Positions 36,387 through 49,733 are shown, counted from the first letter of the whole stretch. The stretch: 62,785 nt of DNA, filler included, from Globobulimina sp. (GCA_003354225.1; 32 parts of 32 records of this genome joined end to end with filler, not necessarily neighbours in it), one strand, 5' to 3'. Made by a program: numbers and translations. The notes: generated by a model not told the origin, from the sequence alone.

Positions 36387-37238
36387 TTGTCAATAGGAAC
36401 AAACACATCCCTGCTATTCTCATATTATGAAGCTTTCCCATTATTTATTTATTTATGCTATATCATCCATGGCACCGTTAATATGATCACATGGTTCAAA
36501 CTATCAGAAAATTGCGAGATATTCCATTTTATTGCAACGTTATCTTTTGCTTTATCAAAAGCATTTTTGTACGAATTCTTTATACTGCGATTGCATGTTA
36601 TTTATATAGCATCGCGTTTTGCATACAACCCCAAAACGTTAGTGTTTTTATCAATGTTTATATTCTGCTACATGACCATCGCAATGATATTAATCACAAT
36701 CAATTATAAAGTGGTGCTGACTCCAAAAAGCATCATTAATGGTTGTACAGCATCCATACCTTTTTTTATTTCAGTGACAGCAGCATTTTTAGATCAAATC
36801 ATTACATTTACTGCGGTTTATTTATTTATCAAACCGATTATTTTTTTATTAAAAGCATCCAAAAACAATAACTCCAAAGAAACAGATGTTTCTACAAACA
36901 ACAAATCATTAAAATTTGAATATAAAACCATTGTTAAAGTTGCGGCATTATCATTTATATCATCAATTACAACATCTTTTGTGCTGCTATGGCAAGTTGC
37001 ATTGTTTCCCAATTATTTATTGTTTGTGTTGTATATGTTTGTCAACACATTGTGTGTTATGTTTATGGATAAGACATATTCCAAGATGTATAACAGAGTT
37101 TGTTGTTTAACAAATAATGTATGCAAAAAATGCATTGTGTGTATATGTTGCATTGGGAAGCACATTCATACAGATACTGCACAATTGGCCTCTTACATGG
37201 ATAGTGAGAAAAGCATGGAGTCACACAGTCAAAGATGA
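36387..37238 (+). CDS. GPCR-like multipass (7TM) protein; 5' part disrupted
   Basis: LYEFFILRLH (TM3), LFIKPI (TM5), Cys-rich tail. An upstream TM1-like segment lies in another frame with a TGA. Confidence 0.6.
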   Translation: MSIGTNTSLLFSYYEAFPLFIYLCYIIHGTVNMITWFKLSENCEIFHFIATLSFALSKAFLYEFFILRLHVIYIASRFAYNPKTLVFLSMFIFCYMTIAMILITINYKVVLTPKSIINGCTASIPFFISVTAAFLDQIITFTAVYLFIKPIIFLLKASKNNNSKETDVSTNNKSLKFEYKTIVKVAALSFISSITTSFVLLWQVALFPNYLLFVLYMFVNTLCVMFMDKTYSKMYNRVCCLTNNVCKKCIVCICCIGKHIHTDTAQLASYMDSEKSMESHSQR

Positions 37239-37357
37239 CCTTTCTTTAAGCTTTCATNNNNNNNNNNNNNNNNNNNNNNNNNNNNNNNNNNNNNNNNNNN
37301 NTTAATTAATTAANNNNNNNNNNNNNNNNNNNNNNNNNNNNNNNNNNNNNNNNNNNN

Positions 37358-38056
37358 GCTTCGACAGATTCCTCGTTATTTTCAATATCAATATGAATAT
37401 CAAATTGTAATGCATATTGTTCCAATGCAGAATATCTATATGGAATATTTTAACTTGTGCTTATATATGATTATATATTTCAAAACTTGATTGATGGTGA
37501 CACAAATATTTGATTGGGGTCAAACTGTTCCATTTTCTTTGTGTATTCATTATATCTTTCAAACGCATCCTCGATATGACCTGGCGTTATTTTCAATGCA
37601 TTACCACCTACCGACAAATCACCTGGTTTAAGTAAATGGAGTCCAGAGCGAAATATATTTTTGGCAGCTTGCAAACTGCAGCCATGATATGCAACTAAAA
37701 ACGTGTAGAAACAATATTAATATAGCTATAAAATCAAGATATATAATATGTAATTTCATACCATGCCAATCCTCCCATACATTATTCATTTTGCATTTTC
37801 CGGCATCGACCTTCAAACCAAATCTGCTCCATCCAACCGGTAACACATACGGTTTTAATGGTGTCCCGCGAAAATAAACATCTTTATCTCCTCTTTTATA
37901 ATGACATTCTTCACAATAACACAAATCATTTGCTTCATCCAGAAACTCAGATGGCAAATTGAATGTTGTTATCAATATATTTCTTGCACTTGACATGGCA
38001 ACGCATTCCTTTGATTCATCATTTTTTGTATCATCTGAAATATGAGAGGTGGACAT
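37358..38056 (-). CDS. Stand-alone NEURL4 C-terminal (ADP-ribosyltransferase-like) domain protein, introns 37695..37761 and 37436..37486 (3'-partial)
   Basis: CYCEECH..RGD, YVLPVGWSRFGL, spliced WHVAYHG, QIFVSPSIKYS; both introns are GT-AG and phase-consistent. Confidence 0.8.
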
Positions 38057-38183
38057 TATTGACTGTATTGTATTTTTGAAGTAAATAAATTCAGCACACT
38101 TGTGCAGTCAACAATGGCAATGCTTGATGCAAAACTTTTTGAATTTGATGTTTTTGTTTTGTGGTGTTTGGTTCTAGAGATGG

Positions 38184-38465
38184 CTAAGTTTCGAACAGTG
38201 TATTTTTGAAGTTTGATAACCGACGTTTCGGCAAAAATGATGCCTTTTTCTTATTATCTTTGCAGGCATTTCCGGCGAGTTCCATGACCTCAGCACAGAT
38301 ATACTCCAAACAGGCCGCCATATAAACGGGAGCTGTCGCACCTTGTTTTAGCCACCGAGCAATTCGACCCACAGGAAAAGTAAGTCCTGCTTTCGCCGAT
38401 CGCGTTTGCTGTTTTCTTTGGGCTGTACTTCCTCTTTTTCCTTTTCCTCCTTTTCTTTCAGGCAT
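38184..38465 (-). pseudogene. H2A: Histone H2A with two internal deletions
   Basis: [31 protein letters not shown]. About 7 aa are missing after KQG, and about 35 aa between KDNKKK and ASFLPK. Confidence 0.85.
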
Positions 38466-38808
38466 TTTAATTAATTATTTGTTTGATTACTTTGATATTA
38501 AGATTGAGAATGTTTAGGTTGTTTGGTTTTGTGTTGTTGAAAATTTGTTGCAATTAATTAAAATATGTTTATTTATATTGCGAATATTTTAGATGAATTA
38601 AACCTGATTGGTTGAAACATTAGATACCAGACCCAGACAATTGTATTCTCATAATTTGTGAGTAAAGAAAAAATACTGAAAAATCTCTTAAATGGTGACA
38701 CAAATATTAATTTGATTGCATGGTAAAATTAAATTCACAACAACAGGAAAGGATTCATATATCATTCAATTAAAATGCTATCACACATTATACAATTTTT
38801 AGTGTCCA

Positions 38809-39221
38809 ATTCATTTTCATACTCACAAACATGGCGATACCCGCCACTTTCATGCCCATTCCCATGCCGGTGAACTGGATGAACACGACCCGTCCCGCCA
38901 CAACCACGAACACCGCTCCGGCCTGCCCATCCGCACACTCCTGATTGGTGTTATACACGGTATGGCGGGTTCAGCGGCTTTGCTGATTTTGACAACGGCG
39001 ACACAATCGTCAATCGGTGGCGGGTTGATGTATGTAATAATCTTTGGCGTGGGTTCGATCATTGGCATGGCCGCCCTCTCGGTCGTGATCGCTGTGCCGT
39101 TTGCCTATTCGGCAAAATACCTGAGTTGGGCGAACGGGGGCTTGCAACTCATTGTCGGCGTGGCCACCGTAGCGCTGGGCGGGTTGACCATGTTGCGCCA
39201 CGGATTCCCGGAAATTCTCTG
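38809..39221 (+). CDS. Bacterial-type UreH/NiCoT-related nickel/cobalt permease fragment (His-rich loop plus C-terminal helices)
   Basis: HFHTHKHGDTRHFHAHSH...LIGVIHGMAGSAALL..LMYVIIFGVGSIIGM; abrupt rise in GC relative to the left flank. Confidence 0.8.
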
Positions 39222-39321
39222 NNNNNNNNNNNNNNNNNNNNNNNNNNNNNNNNNNNNNNNNNNNNTTAATTAATTAANNNNNNNNNNNNNNNNNNNNNNN
39301 NNNNNNNNNNNNNNNNNNNNN

Positions 39322-40849
39322 AGGTAGACGGCTTTCTACTCCGATGCCGACCAAAAAGAAAAAGAAAAAGAAACTCGCCCACAACAACCAAGAAAATCTA
39401 AACATGGACGCCAACGCCGCCAACAATCCGTACGTCACTCCCGCACCGACCAAGAAAACCAAAACGTCGCTGCACCCAAACTTCCACGACTCCCTCAACG
39501 AAAACACGTCCATCATCATGATGGCGGACATCCTATCTCCAAATCCCAACAACCGCTGCGAATTATCGTCGCCTGCGCCCAACGACAAAAATGCGCGATT
39601 ACTGACCAAGACGCCGGCAAAATTCCCGATTTGTATGCCGCCGACGCCCATGTTACAAGGCTCAAAGCGGAGGAACGCGATGGAGGAGAAGAGCAACAAT
39701 GAGTGGTTCAAGGCGCATAAACCGGTGCTGACTCCGGCCAAGATCCGCGAGAATCCGGTCAAATTATACGACCCCTCCAAGGACATGGACACGACCATAA
39801 TGTTGGAGCAAATGGACACTCCCTTCGACGAAACGGAAGCTTTCAAGAGCCCGTCGGCCGCGGCGCTGCCTCAGTTATTGTGCGACATCTCTATGATTAT
39901 GCCGCTGAGCAAAGAGAACTCGAAGGGCAAAACCAAGGGCTTCAGCAAGAATTTCAGCGATGTCTGCACCGTCACGGCCAAGAAGAGCAAGGAAGCGTCG
40001 GTGGAGATGGAGGTGGAGGCCGGCGATATGTGTCTGGACTTCGATAATGACAGCAATATGTTTGCGGGGAACAGTTTTGCCTTCGACCTGGCGGCGAAAA
40101 TGGGCAAACATGGCGACAATGGGCGGTGCCGACAGTCGCAATCGAGGCAAAGTGCGGCGATGGCGGAGGATGGCTCGCTGCAAATGGCGGAGATGGGGCA
40201 CTTGAATCAGCAGTTTAGCGATATTAAGATCCAGAAAACGAAAAGGAAAATGAAGCGGAGACTGAAGAATGTGCACAAGTTTGAGGAGCAGAAACTGCAG
40301 CAAGTGAACGTGAGTCCGTTTGTGGAGAACGAGCGGACGGAGCAGGAGAAGGAGGAGGATTTGTTGGGTGTGGACGTGATGAGCGATGCGGAGTTTTTTA
40401 GTGTGTCGGGCATGGAGCAGAAGTCGACGCAGACTGCGCATGTGGTGGTGTTTGACGAGTGGCAGATTCCCAAGATCCGCTATGATGGACGGCTGATGAG
40501 CGAGTGTGTGGATATGGAGAGCCATCTGAATGAGAACCCGAACCCGAACCAGGATGAGGATGTGATACAGATGGAAAGTGATGGTGTGTTTGCTATGTTT
40601 ACGCCGTCGTTGCGGCATAACAAGGACTCCATCGAATGTTTGGATTTTGCCTCGGACTCTGAGGCCGAGAATAAATTGTCGCGCTCGTATAATGGCAAGA
40701 TCAATGCGAAAAAAAGGAAGAGAAATGGAGGCAAAATGTTGCGCCAAAATGGAGGCAAAATGTTGCGCCAATATAAACAATCCAAACTGGCGCAAAATCC
40801 AAATTGGACCATCTGCAATGCACACGATAATATGGGTAGTTTGATTTGA
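39322..40849 (+). CDS. Disordered hypothetical protein, GC-richer than neighbouring contigs (5'-partial)
   Basis: About 500-codon open frame, many TP/SP sites, 24-nt tandem duplication near 40723..40770 (NGGKMLRQ x2). Confidence 0.6.
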
Positions 40850-41560
40850 TTTGAATTTTGCTTTTTTTTTTTGCTTTTTCCCGGTTAAAACTTTATATTT
40901 AATGTACTATTTAAACACATTTTTAATCCACTATTCGACGAGAATTCCCATCTGAATTTGAATACTGTGCAATTTTTGTAGTTCGAGCCAGCGCTCTTTT
41001 GTCTTGTAAATAAAGGCACCGCTCTCCGGATTTCAATATTATGAAATATCAATTTTCCAATAAATAGCATCTATCGAATCAACCCGTTTGTTGAGCAAAA
41101 TATATGCCATGAATTCATTCTCAAATGTTTTTTTTTTTTTTCTGTGAAAACCTTTCAAGAGTAAGTATAATTTAATTACACTCAANNNNNNNNNNNNNNN
41201 NNNNNNNNNNNNNNNNNNNNNNNNNNNNNTTAATTAATTAANNNNNNNNNNNNNNNNNNNNNNNNNNNNNNNNNNNNNNNNNNNNAAAATATATATTAAC
41301 TCTTCTTGTGTGTGTTGTTAAGATTATGTAATATAAAAAAAATCAAAATACTTATCGAACAGATTGCATTTTTGAGAAACGTTTGATAAGTTTTTGAAAA
41401 AATCAGTACTTATCGGAAAGCCCTAATATAGCATATGCTGATGGTGCATAGATGTTTAGTATAGAAACTGCTATCGTAGTTTAAAAATCCAATATCAACT
41501 AGAAGAGACTGTAAAAGAGACATGCTTTAAATTTTTAAAGCTCCGAACCTTAGTCAATTC

Positions 41561-43149
41561 ATGGCTTCGCATTCTTGGAGTTGTGAAGTATGTACATACA
41601 ACAATCAACCTTCAAGCAAATTATGTGAGATGTGTGGGGCAGAACAATATGCTTCGAATTCAAATGAATGGAAATGTGCATCATGCACTTATGTGAATGC
41701 TAAAAGCAATAAAATGTGTTTGATTTGCGGAACCCCTCACAGTACAGAGGGCAGTCAAGAAACAGCAAAAACTCCACAATCTTACGAAGACGATGACGAT
41801 GACAAATATCAGCCAGACCAACCACAGTCTAATATGAATGTCATTATCCTGAAACAAGGCTGGTTACAAAAAAAAAGTATGCTACTATATTATTAAAATA
41901 TGTGTTAAAATGTTTGTTCTTTGTTATATGAACACGCAGGCAAATTTTTCGGTGTTTGGAGAGAACGGTGGTGTGTTATTAATGGCGAATATATATTCAC
42001 ATTCAAGACTGCAGAAATGAATGGAAAAGCAACAGAATCGATTGAATTGTCCACAGTACGAGATGTTGGACCGCAAGACAGCAAAAAAGCAATTGAGTTT
42101 TATATTCAATTAATTCGCGATAAGGATAAATATCAATTTCGAACAGAGACGCAATCTGAAAGGAAACAGTGGATTGATATTGTCAACAAATACAGCCATA
42201 ATTGTATCCAATTATGTGTGAATATTGTATGTGACCGAGATGATACATTCAATGATAAATTGAATATAATGATGCCATACGATGCAGATTTCCCATATTC
42301 TATCAATTCATTCATAAATGATATAATGTGTCACGTCAACAAACAGCACAAACCACTTAAATTTGTTTCAACTAAAACACGTTTGACAAAAAAAAATAAT
42401 GATTGTGATTGTAAAACATTAGAAACAAATGTTACTGATTTTGATGCAGAAATGATGAAACAAGTACCTTTTATGGATTTATTCATTGATATCAGTGTTA
42501 AACATTTGGCTGTTGCAGAATTGATGATATATTTCGAAATAATAAAAAACAAATATCAAAGTTGTGCGACGCATAAAAAAAACTATGCCGACATTTTATT
42601 ATGTGTTAAACAGCAGATTTTGAGTAATATACAATTATTAGAGAAGCCATTAGATCTCGAAATGTTATCTTTTATTTATACAAATCACTTCTTACAAAAA
42701 CATGAAATAAATATTGTTGTCCATGAATTATTGGCTGATGAAATATCGACATTAATAGAGAACATTGCTGATAAATCGCTTGAAAAATATATATTTGAAG
42801 ATGCAAACACGCAAATATTATCACATTATTCTGACAATGATTTGATTAAATTGTTAAGCAGGCATTATTCAGACACTTTTGCTGTATTTGTATTTGAACG
42901 ATTCGTCAATTTCTTAGAATTGCAGTTATCGCAAAGAAAATTGTATTTAAAATGTTTATCCATTAAAATGTTGGTCACAGTTTATAAACACAACAATATT
43001 GGTAAATGTTTGCACATTGATGAATTAAAATATTATTTCAATCGAATAATTATAAAAAGATACAATTGCAAATGGAAAGGCAAATGCACCGATATTTTGC
43101 CATTAATTACAACCCAAATTATTGCAAAAGATGTACGGTGGATGACTGA
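41561..43149 (+). CDS. Two RanBP2-type zinc fingers plus PH domain protein, intron 41877..41939 (3'-partial)
   Basis: WSCEVCTYNN..CEMC, WKCASCTYVN..CLIC; PH motifs KQGWLQK..WRERWCV..ERKQWI. Confidence 0.85.
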
Positions 43150-43249
43150 NNNNNNNNNNNNNNNNNNNNNNNNNNNNNNNNNNNNNNNNNNNNTTAATTA
43201 ATTAANNNNNNNNNNNNNNNNNNNNNNNNNNNNNNNNNNNNNNNNNNNN

Positions 43250-45113
43250 ACATGACAAATAAAAATAAATAAATTGAAAGCATTGTCACTTGAAACAAAT
43301 CTATTTTGATCATCTGCTCATTATTTGGCATGAACACACTCCATACAAATATTCCATTTGCATACAAATACAAAACAATAAAAATCGGAAACAACAGTGT
43401 CACCAATCTGGATAAGATGTATATGGGACCAAAAAACCATGTCACCATTCCCATGCCAAACACAGTAAAAGCGAGCTCGCGTTGTCTACTCCGATAATAG
43501 TCACTGTTATGCTGCGCTGACATTCTCTTATAATATGCATATTGGCCCAGTTGGTCATTAAACGGCGCTGCATACCAATTGTCCATGAAACTGCTAATAA
43601 ATTGTGACTGTGTTGTATTGGATGTATGTTTCCGCAAATTGGCATACGTTACATTCATATATTGACTTTCTTGACATTCCGCTTCTAAGAAATGTTTGGC
43701 AGTGTCATCGTTACAATAACCCCACGTACGGCCCTCATCGGAATATAACACATTGTTAATACTGCACAGCCGGATAATTCGATCTTGTTTGCCAGAGACG
43801 GACATTCCATCAGCAACACATATGTGACGTGCCTGTTTGACCCATGATAACAAAGTAAACCAATATTCAGAGCCTATTTTAGTTTCTGGCATTCGCGTAG
43901 TGCCGCATAAGAAAAGCATGCCAGCCAACAGCGTGATATTACATATTTCTAAACATAATATGGAACAGACAACGCCTGCAATCCATAGCACTGTCACCAC
44001 AAAAAATATCCCGACTGCTACACATATTCTATAACCCTTTGAATCATATGAACCGACTGCACTGTCATACATTTCATGACAGCCATAAAAATGTAGCACA
44101 ATGCTGCATATCGCGACAAAGGGGAATATACAAATATTTATCTTATACAACCAAACCAATTGAATCACATTCAATACTTCAAGTAATGTGTCATTGTGTA
44201 TCTCTTCGGAAGGTCTATAAAAGCACCATGAACATATCACAAATATGGCAAAAAAATCCGTGACTGCAGCTAGCCAGTTTAATAATAATTGTTTGACATT
44301 CAAAGCACACGCCACTGAAAAGACCAATGATTTGCTCGCCACGCTAAATAACGATATCATAATACTTGTAATTGCCACGGGATTGGCCTCTTTAAACACT
44401 ACTATGGCCACCATTTGAAGTATTGCTGATTTGTTTTTGTTTTACGTATACATTACAATCATTCAAATACATTCCACTGCAAATATATGTATACATACCT
44501 TGAGGAAATGCTATTTTATGTTGGAAAATATTTGTTTTATGTTTATGTTATTGCAGAGGAGACAAATAATTCATAGATTATATTATTTATATTATTTATA
44601 TTATATACCTTCAACCAATGCTTCTAAAATAAATCCTAAGTGTTTAGCTATTTTCTCAATCATAAATTGCCTCAATTTGGATCGCGTGTTATCCAGAGTC
44701 CTATGAATATATTAATATGTTTGTTAGTTATAGTTAGCAATTTAAAATAGAAATAACTGACCAGTCATCCATACAGACTTCAAACCAACAACACATCTCC
44801 ATATATTTGACCAATTTGCCTGATCTTTTATCGGCGAAATAAAAGAAAAATGGAATAAGGGGACTGAATATAATCATGGTTAGAAACACAACGATGGCTT
44901 CACATAAAGTCTCAGGTTGAACATATCTAATCTCAAATGCAATCGTATAAGACAATAAAGCTAATAATATAATTGATAGTGATAAGCCAAAAAATACCAA
45001 TCTATCTGCCTGGTAAAACCCGATCAAAACAATCACCTGCATGCATATACCAATTGACTCAATTAGTAATTAAACAAAAAGGAATATCACTCAACATCCG
45101 TGGTAACATCCAA
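43250..45113 (-). CDS. XK-related multipass membrane protein, multi-exon (partial at both ends)
   Basis: Exon pieces KHLGFILEALVE / AFPQ / AILQMVAI and SIMISLFSV reconstruct the XK-family EAxxExxPQxxLQ motif. Confidence 0.6.
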
Positions 45114-45397
45114 NNNNNNNNNNNNNNNNNNNNNNNNNNNNNNNNNNNNNNNNNNNNTTAATTAATTAANNNNNNNNNNNNNNNNNNNNNNNNNNNNNNN
45201 NNNNNNNNNNNNNTTGTGGATGTAGTTTAAAGGGCACTTTTTGTGGGACATTTGATGCTATTTGGTATATTTCAGCGTGTGTTTCAAAACAAACGAAATT
45301 TATATTAACTTTTGAATTATAAAATATACAGATACTGGATTCGCACAATCAGCTAAATCAATAAATAAATGTAGGCAAGAAATAAGAATTAATTCAT

Positions 45398-46746
45398 GTG
45401 CAGCTCAATGGTTTGTTTAATTCATTTGCTTATAAATGCTATCCACCATTATATAACAGTTATATTCAATCAACAACGCAGCCACACATAGTAACACCGA
45501 CATGGAAACCTGTTTTGTTAGGCGGTCTCTATGAATTTACTAAAGCACCACAAGGAAAGAAAAATAGTGCAGCCACAGTAATGATTCCAGTCAAACGTCT
45601 ATACAATAAACGGGATGCATTATGGCAAAAACATCGATTAAATGTACAAGGCCCCGGAAAATATCCATCAAATTGGCCAACCAAAACATTACAAGTCCAG
45701 CGGCTATTGACTGCCATCAAAAGTAACAACGACACAATGCATTGTGCAAAACGTTTATTTCATGATTTATGGCTCAAAAACAAAGATTTAACGGATATTA
45801 CCTATTTGACTCAAGTTGCTTCAGATTACAATATCGATATCAATGTCATCGACGATCCTGTAATTAAACAGAAATTAAAAGATAACACAAGAAATGCTGC
45901 AGAAACATATGACATGTTTGGTGTGCCAGGCGTTGTGGTACATGTTCATGGAAAGGCACATTTTTTCTGGGGAATAGATCGATTTCCATTGGTATGATAA
46001 TATTATTTTTTTATGTCATTATATATCTATATAATTATAAATCATTTCAGGTGGACGTATTGTTGCGAGATGGATTCTTTTCGTCTCCGCCAACATTGCG
46101 ATTAATGGACACAGTCCCCGATGCTTTAGAGAATGTAATTGAATTTTACTTTGATTTTGCGTCTCCATATTCGTTTTTAGCTTATATGCGATTGCCAGAA
46201 TTTGAGGGTTTTGCTGATAAAATTGTGTTGAAACCGGTGCTTTTGGGCGCAATGTTTGCTCATTTTGGGAATATATCACCTGCGCTGAGACAAATAGGTC
46301 CAGCAAAACGGAAATATAATGATATGGATTTTATGCGTAGTTTTGAGAGTGCCGGGGTTGGAGTTAAAATGAATTCAAATTTCCCGGTTCGTAGTATATT
46401 GGCGCTACGAGTGTTTATTGTGGATATCCGAACCATTGATTGTATTTTTAAAGCCTGCTGGCAGTCAAATGTTAATATTGGAGATAAAAATGAATTGAAA
46501 AAGGTTTTAGATCGCAATGGATTCGATGGCGAGGAGTTGATTTTCCAGGCACGTCGCAATAAAAAAGTTAAAAGAAAATTGAGAAATAATACTGATTTTG
46601 CAATTGGAAAGGGAATGTTTGGGGTACCCACTTTTGTGGTAAATAAAGATTATGAGAGGTTTTGCTGGGGTCAGGATAGAATGTATTTTGTTAAAGATTT
46701 ATGCTGTGGCTGGCAACCACCAATTATGAAAAAATCAAACTTATAA
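45398..46746 (+). CDS. Tandem two-domain kappa-class GST / HCCA isomerase (DsbA fold), intron 45992..46050; 5' end uncertain
   Basis: Domain 1: WKPVLLGG, FGVP, FWGIDR. Domain 2: FYFDFASPYS, KPVLLG, FGVPTF, WGQDR. Joined by a phase-0 intron. Confidence 0.85.
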
Positions 46747-46848
46747 CACTGGCAGTTGTATAATTATTATATAGTTATATCAGATCGAAAACTAAACTAT
46801 GACTTGTCTTATCTGGCATCGTTTAGTGAAAGCTTTAGCTGTCCCACC

Positions 46849-47077
46849 TATGGCATTTGAACAGTATTTAAGCGACCATGCCTTGTTGTGCCTTCTTTTG
46901 TTATTCTTGAATGCATTGATTGCATCATCCGAAGAAATCCAATCAGTTGAAATTAAAACCGATGGCGAAGTTACAAAAGCAGTCAAAGAAGAAACACCGC
47001 CACATCCAAACGCATTGGAAGTAATATTTGAAAATCAATCTGGTCAAAAAGTAGAGCTATATTGGGATGATTCAAAG
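46849..47077 (+). CDS. Secreted protein N-terminus with a VHL-beta-like motif (3'-partial)
   Basis: Hydrophobic signal followed by EVIFENQSGQKVELYWD. Confidence 0.45.
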
Positions 47078-47177
47078 NNNNNNNNNNNNNNNNNNNNNNN
47101 NNNNNNNNNNNNNNNNNNNNNTTAATTAATTAANNNNNNNNNNNNNNNNNNNNNNNNNNNNNNNNNNNNNNNNNNNN

Positions 47178-48189
47178 TCTCCTGTTTTAATATTTACATC
47201 AAAATAATTGTAATTAATCAGAAATATAAATTGTATACCTCTGGCAATATCAACTTTTGCTCTGTCTTTGTACCATTTAGCAATTGTCAATGCAGCACAG
47301 ATTGGGTATTTAGAACCAATTACAATTTGTTGAGTGATTTTGTGTAATTGGTTTGCATCGAAACGAGTTAAATCTTTTTCATATTTTCTCAATAATTGAA
47401 TGGATATTTTGTGGGGAGAAAGAAAGCAAACTCTAGAAAATATCAACCAAATTGCTGTGGATGAATCTGTTTTTAATAATGTCATAATCAAATACCACCA
47501 TAATATGCAATCTTTATAAACATTAAAATTGGAAAACAATTGTTGCAAATCTTTTTTTTTATATCTTTCCATATCATTATAATATTCCAAATACATTGAT
47601 GATGAAATTAATGATAATCCTAAGCCCAAAGCAACTGTTTCTGTGCTTGCCATTTTATTATTTATTTGGTGGTAATGTTGTATCCATAGTATTGTGTCCC
47701 ATTTGTCTGTGAATGCCTTTATTCTTCTCTTCATTTCATAGATGTCATATTCTGTCAATTGGTTATTGTGTTTGTATTTCTTTGCAGTTAATTGTAATTT
47801 GGTGATTTCTCTGTTTTTGTCATATATGTTATTAAAGTCACAAAGCAAAAGTTATACGGCGTATACCTGAATAGCCTCTCTGTGGCATCATTGTATTGAA
47901 AGTCATTCGTGTTTAATTTTAATAGTTGCTTTCCATTGGCACATGTTCTCATTGGTTGTAAATTTATAAGATGTTCTAAATCTTTTTGTTTGAGCCATAA
48001 TCCAATTTGTTGTTTATTCCATTTTAAAGGATTTTCTTCTGTAATTTGCATATAATTTGCATGGTAATCTTCAGATAAATCAAGATCAAATGAATCGGAA
48101 GAATCTTGATCTGTGGATGCCTCACTTTCGTTGAATATTGGACCATATGTGTTTAACTTGATGTTGGTAGGCAACTGGAAAGTGCTCAT
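47178..48189 (-). CDS. SAM-domain protein, intron 47811..47866 (3'-partial)
   Basis: NPLKWNKQQIGLWL..NGKQLLKL SAM motif; the intron joins two ORFs in frame. Confidence 0.6.
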
Positions 48190-48379
48190 TGCAGCAACAG
48201 CTCAACTAAATGTTTTTGTTCCTTCTGCATATAAATGAGAGTTGTCACGGTGCAATAACAGTAACTGTGAATAATTTAATTTAATTGCATGCATAATTAT
48301 GTCGAATACTAAAACGTACAACAACACAAAAGCAGCAAAAATTGCAAAAAAAAACAAAACAACCAACACAAAACGAATA

Positions 48380-49041
48380 TTAACGATTTAACAATTTTGA
48401 TTTCCATTCAGTTACAAATGACTGCGCAGTGATATGTTCATTCTCATCGTCGATATCCTCCCCACCATCATCATCAACGCAGGATAACTGTAAAATGGTC
48501 AATAAATCCGCAATACCAACACCATCATAAATAGCAACATCATTATTATCTTTTAATGGAAACGCATCAATAATTGAGTCCATATTTGGTTTACATTTTG
48601 TATGATATTTGGATTGAATTAATATGTGTTCAAATTGTTTTACATTTGTAATTAATGGCATATCTCTCACAAAATCAAATTGTTTGTTTAAATTTAATTG
48701 CTTTGATATTGCAAAGGAACAGGTCGCAAATATAAATATTTTCCTTTTTGGGTTATCCTGATTGCATCTATTGATACATGCTAATATCGCCTGTAATATA
48801 TTATTACTAAACATGTTTATTGAGACATAGCGTATTAACCTTTCAATATCATCCAAAATGAGAATACTTTTATTTGATTTATACGAATCTTTGAATATAT
48901 TATTGATTGATTTACAAACATAAATATCCGACTCGCCAATATAATTATCACTCGATATAATCCGCACAAATGGCCACTCACTGATTTCATTGCCAATATA
49001 CGACGTTATGGCTGTCTTTCCACTGCCAGACGCACCACGTA
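48380..49041 (-). CDS. NSF: NSF/Sec18 D2 AAA domain (5'-partial)
   Basis: GASGSGKTA, WPFVRII, FKDSYKS, ILDDIERL, FSNNILQA. Confidence 0.85.
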
Positions 49042-49608
49042 NNNNNNNNNNNNNNNNNNNNNNNNNNNNNNNNNNNNNNNNNNNNTTAATTAATTAANNN
49101 NNNNNNNNNNNNNNNNNNNNNNNNNNNNNNNNNNNNNNNNNTTCCGCACTTGTAAAAACTGTTCCGCAAAATCACGACTTTGCACTTTGACTTTTCCGCA
49201 ATGATTGTTCCATAAAACATAGCAAAAACTCCGCAACTATGTTCCGCAAAAATAGTGCCATATAATTGCTGTTGTATTTGTAAATGTATTACATTGTGAT
49301 TGTTATTGTTATTTGGATGGGTATACAGTAGACGTCAGTAGTGTTCCCGATAAGATATACGCATATGAGTAGCTAATATATTTCAGTTCCAGCTAATATA
49401 TTTACTAAAGGATTTGATGGTATTAGTTGCATTGATGGTATAATATATTATTATCTACATTTGCATTGATGGTATTTTGATGAAATGACTATAATGAGAG
49501 ATTGAGTATGTTGCCTGATATCGATCTGCATCCTCGAATTCATCATTCACTTTAATAGCAGCTGTAATATTAAATTATCGGCAAAACAGATTATGCACAG
49601 AACATAAG

Positions 49609-49616
49609 TATAAATA
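49609..49616 (+). promoter_or_regulatory. Possible TATA box (TATAAATA) upstream of the small secreted peptide gene
   Basis: Consensus match about 120 nt before the ATG; the AT-rich background weakens it. Confidence 0.3.
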
Positions 49617-49733
49617 GGAATAATTATATAAACTCCGCATTAATTACACAAAAAAAAATCCACTAAATCCCACATTTCTAATTCAAGAAAAAATCCACTA
49701 AATCAAATACATTAAATCCCACAGTTAAGAATA

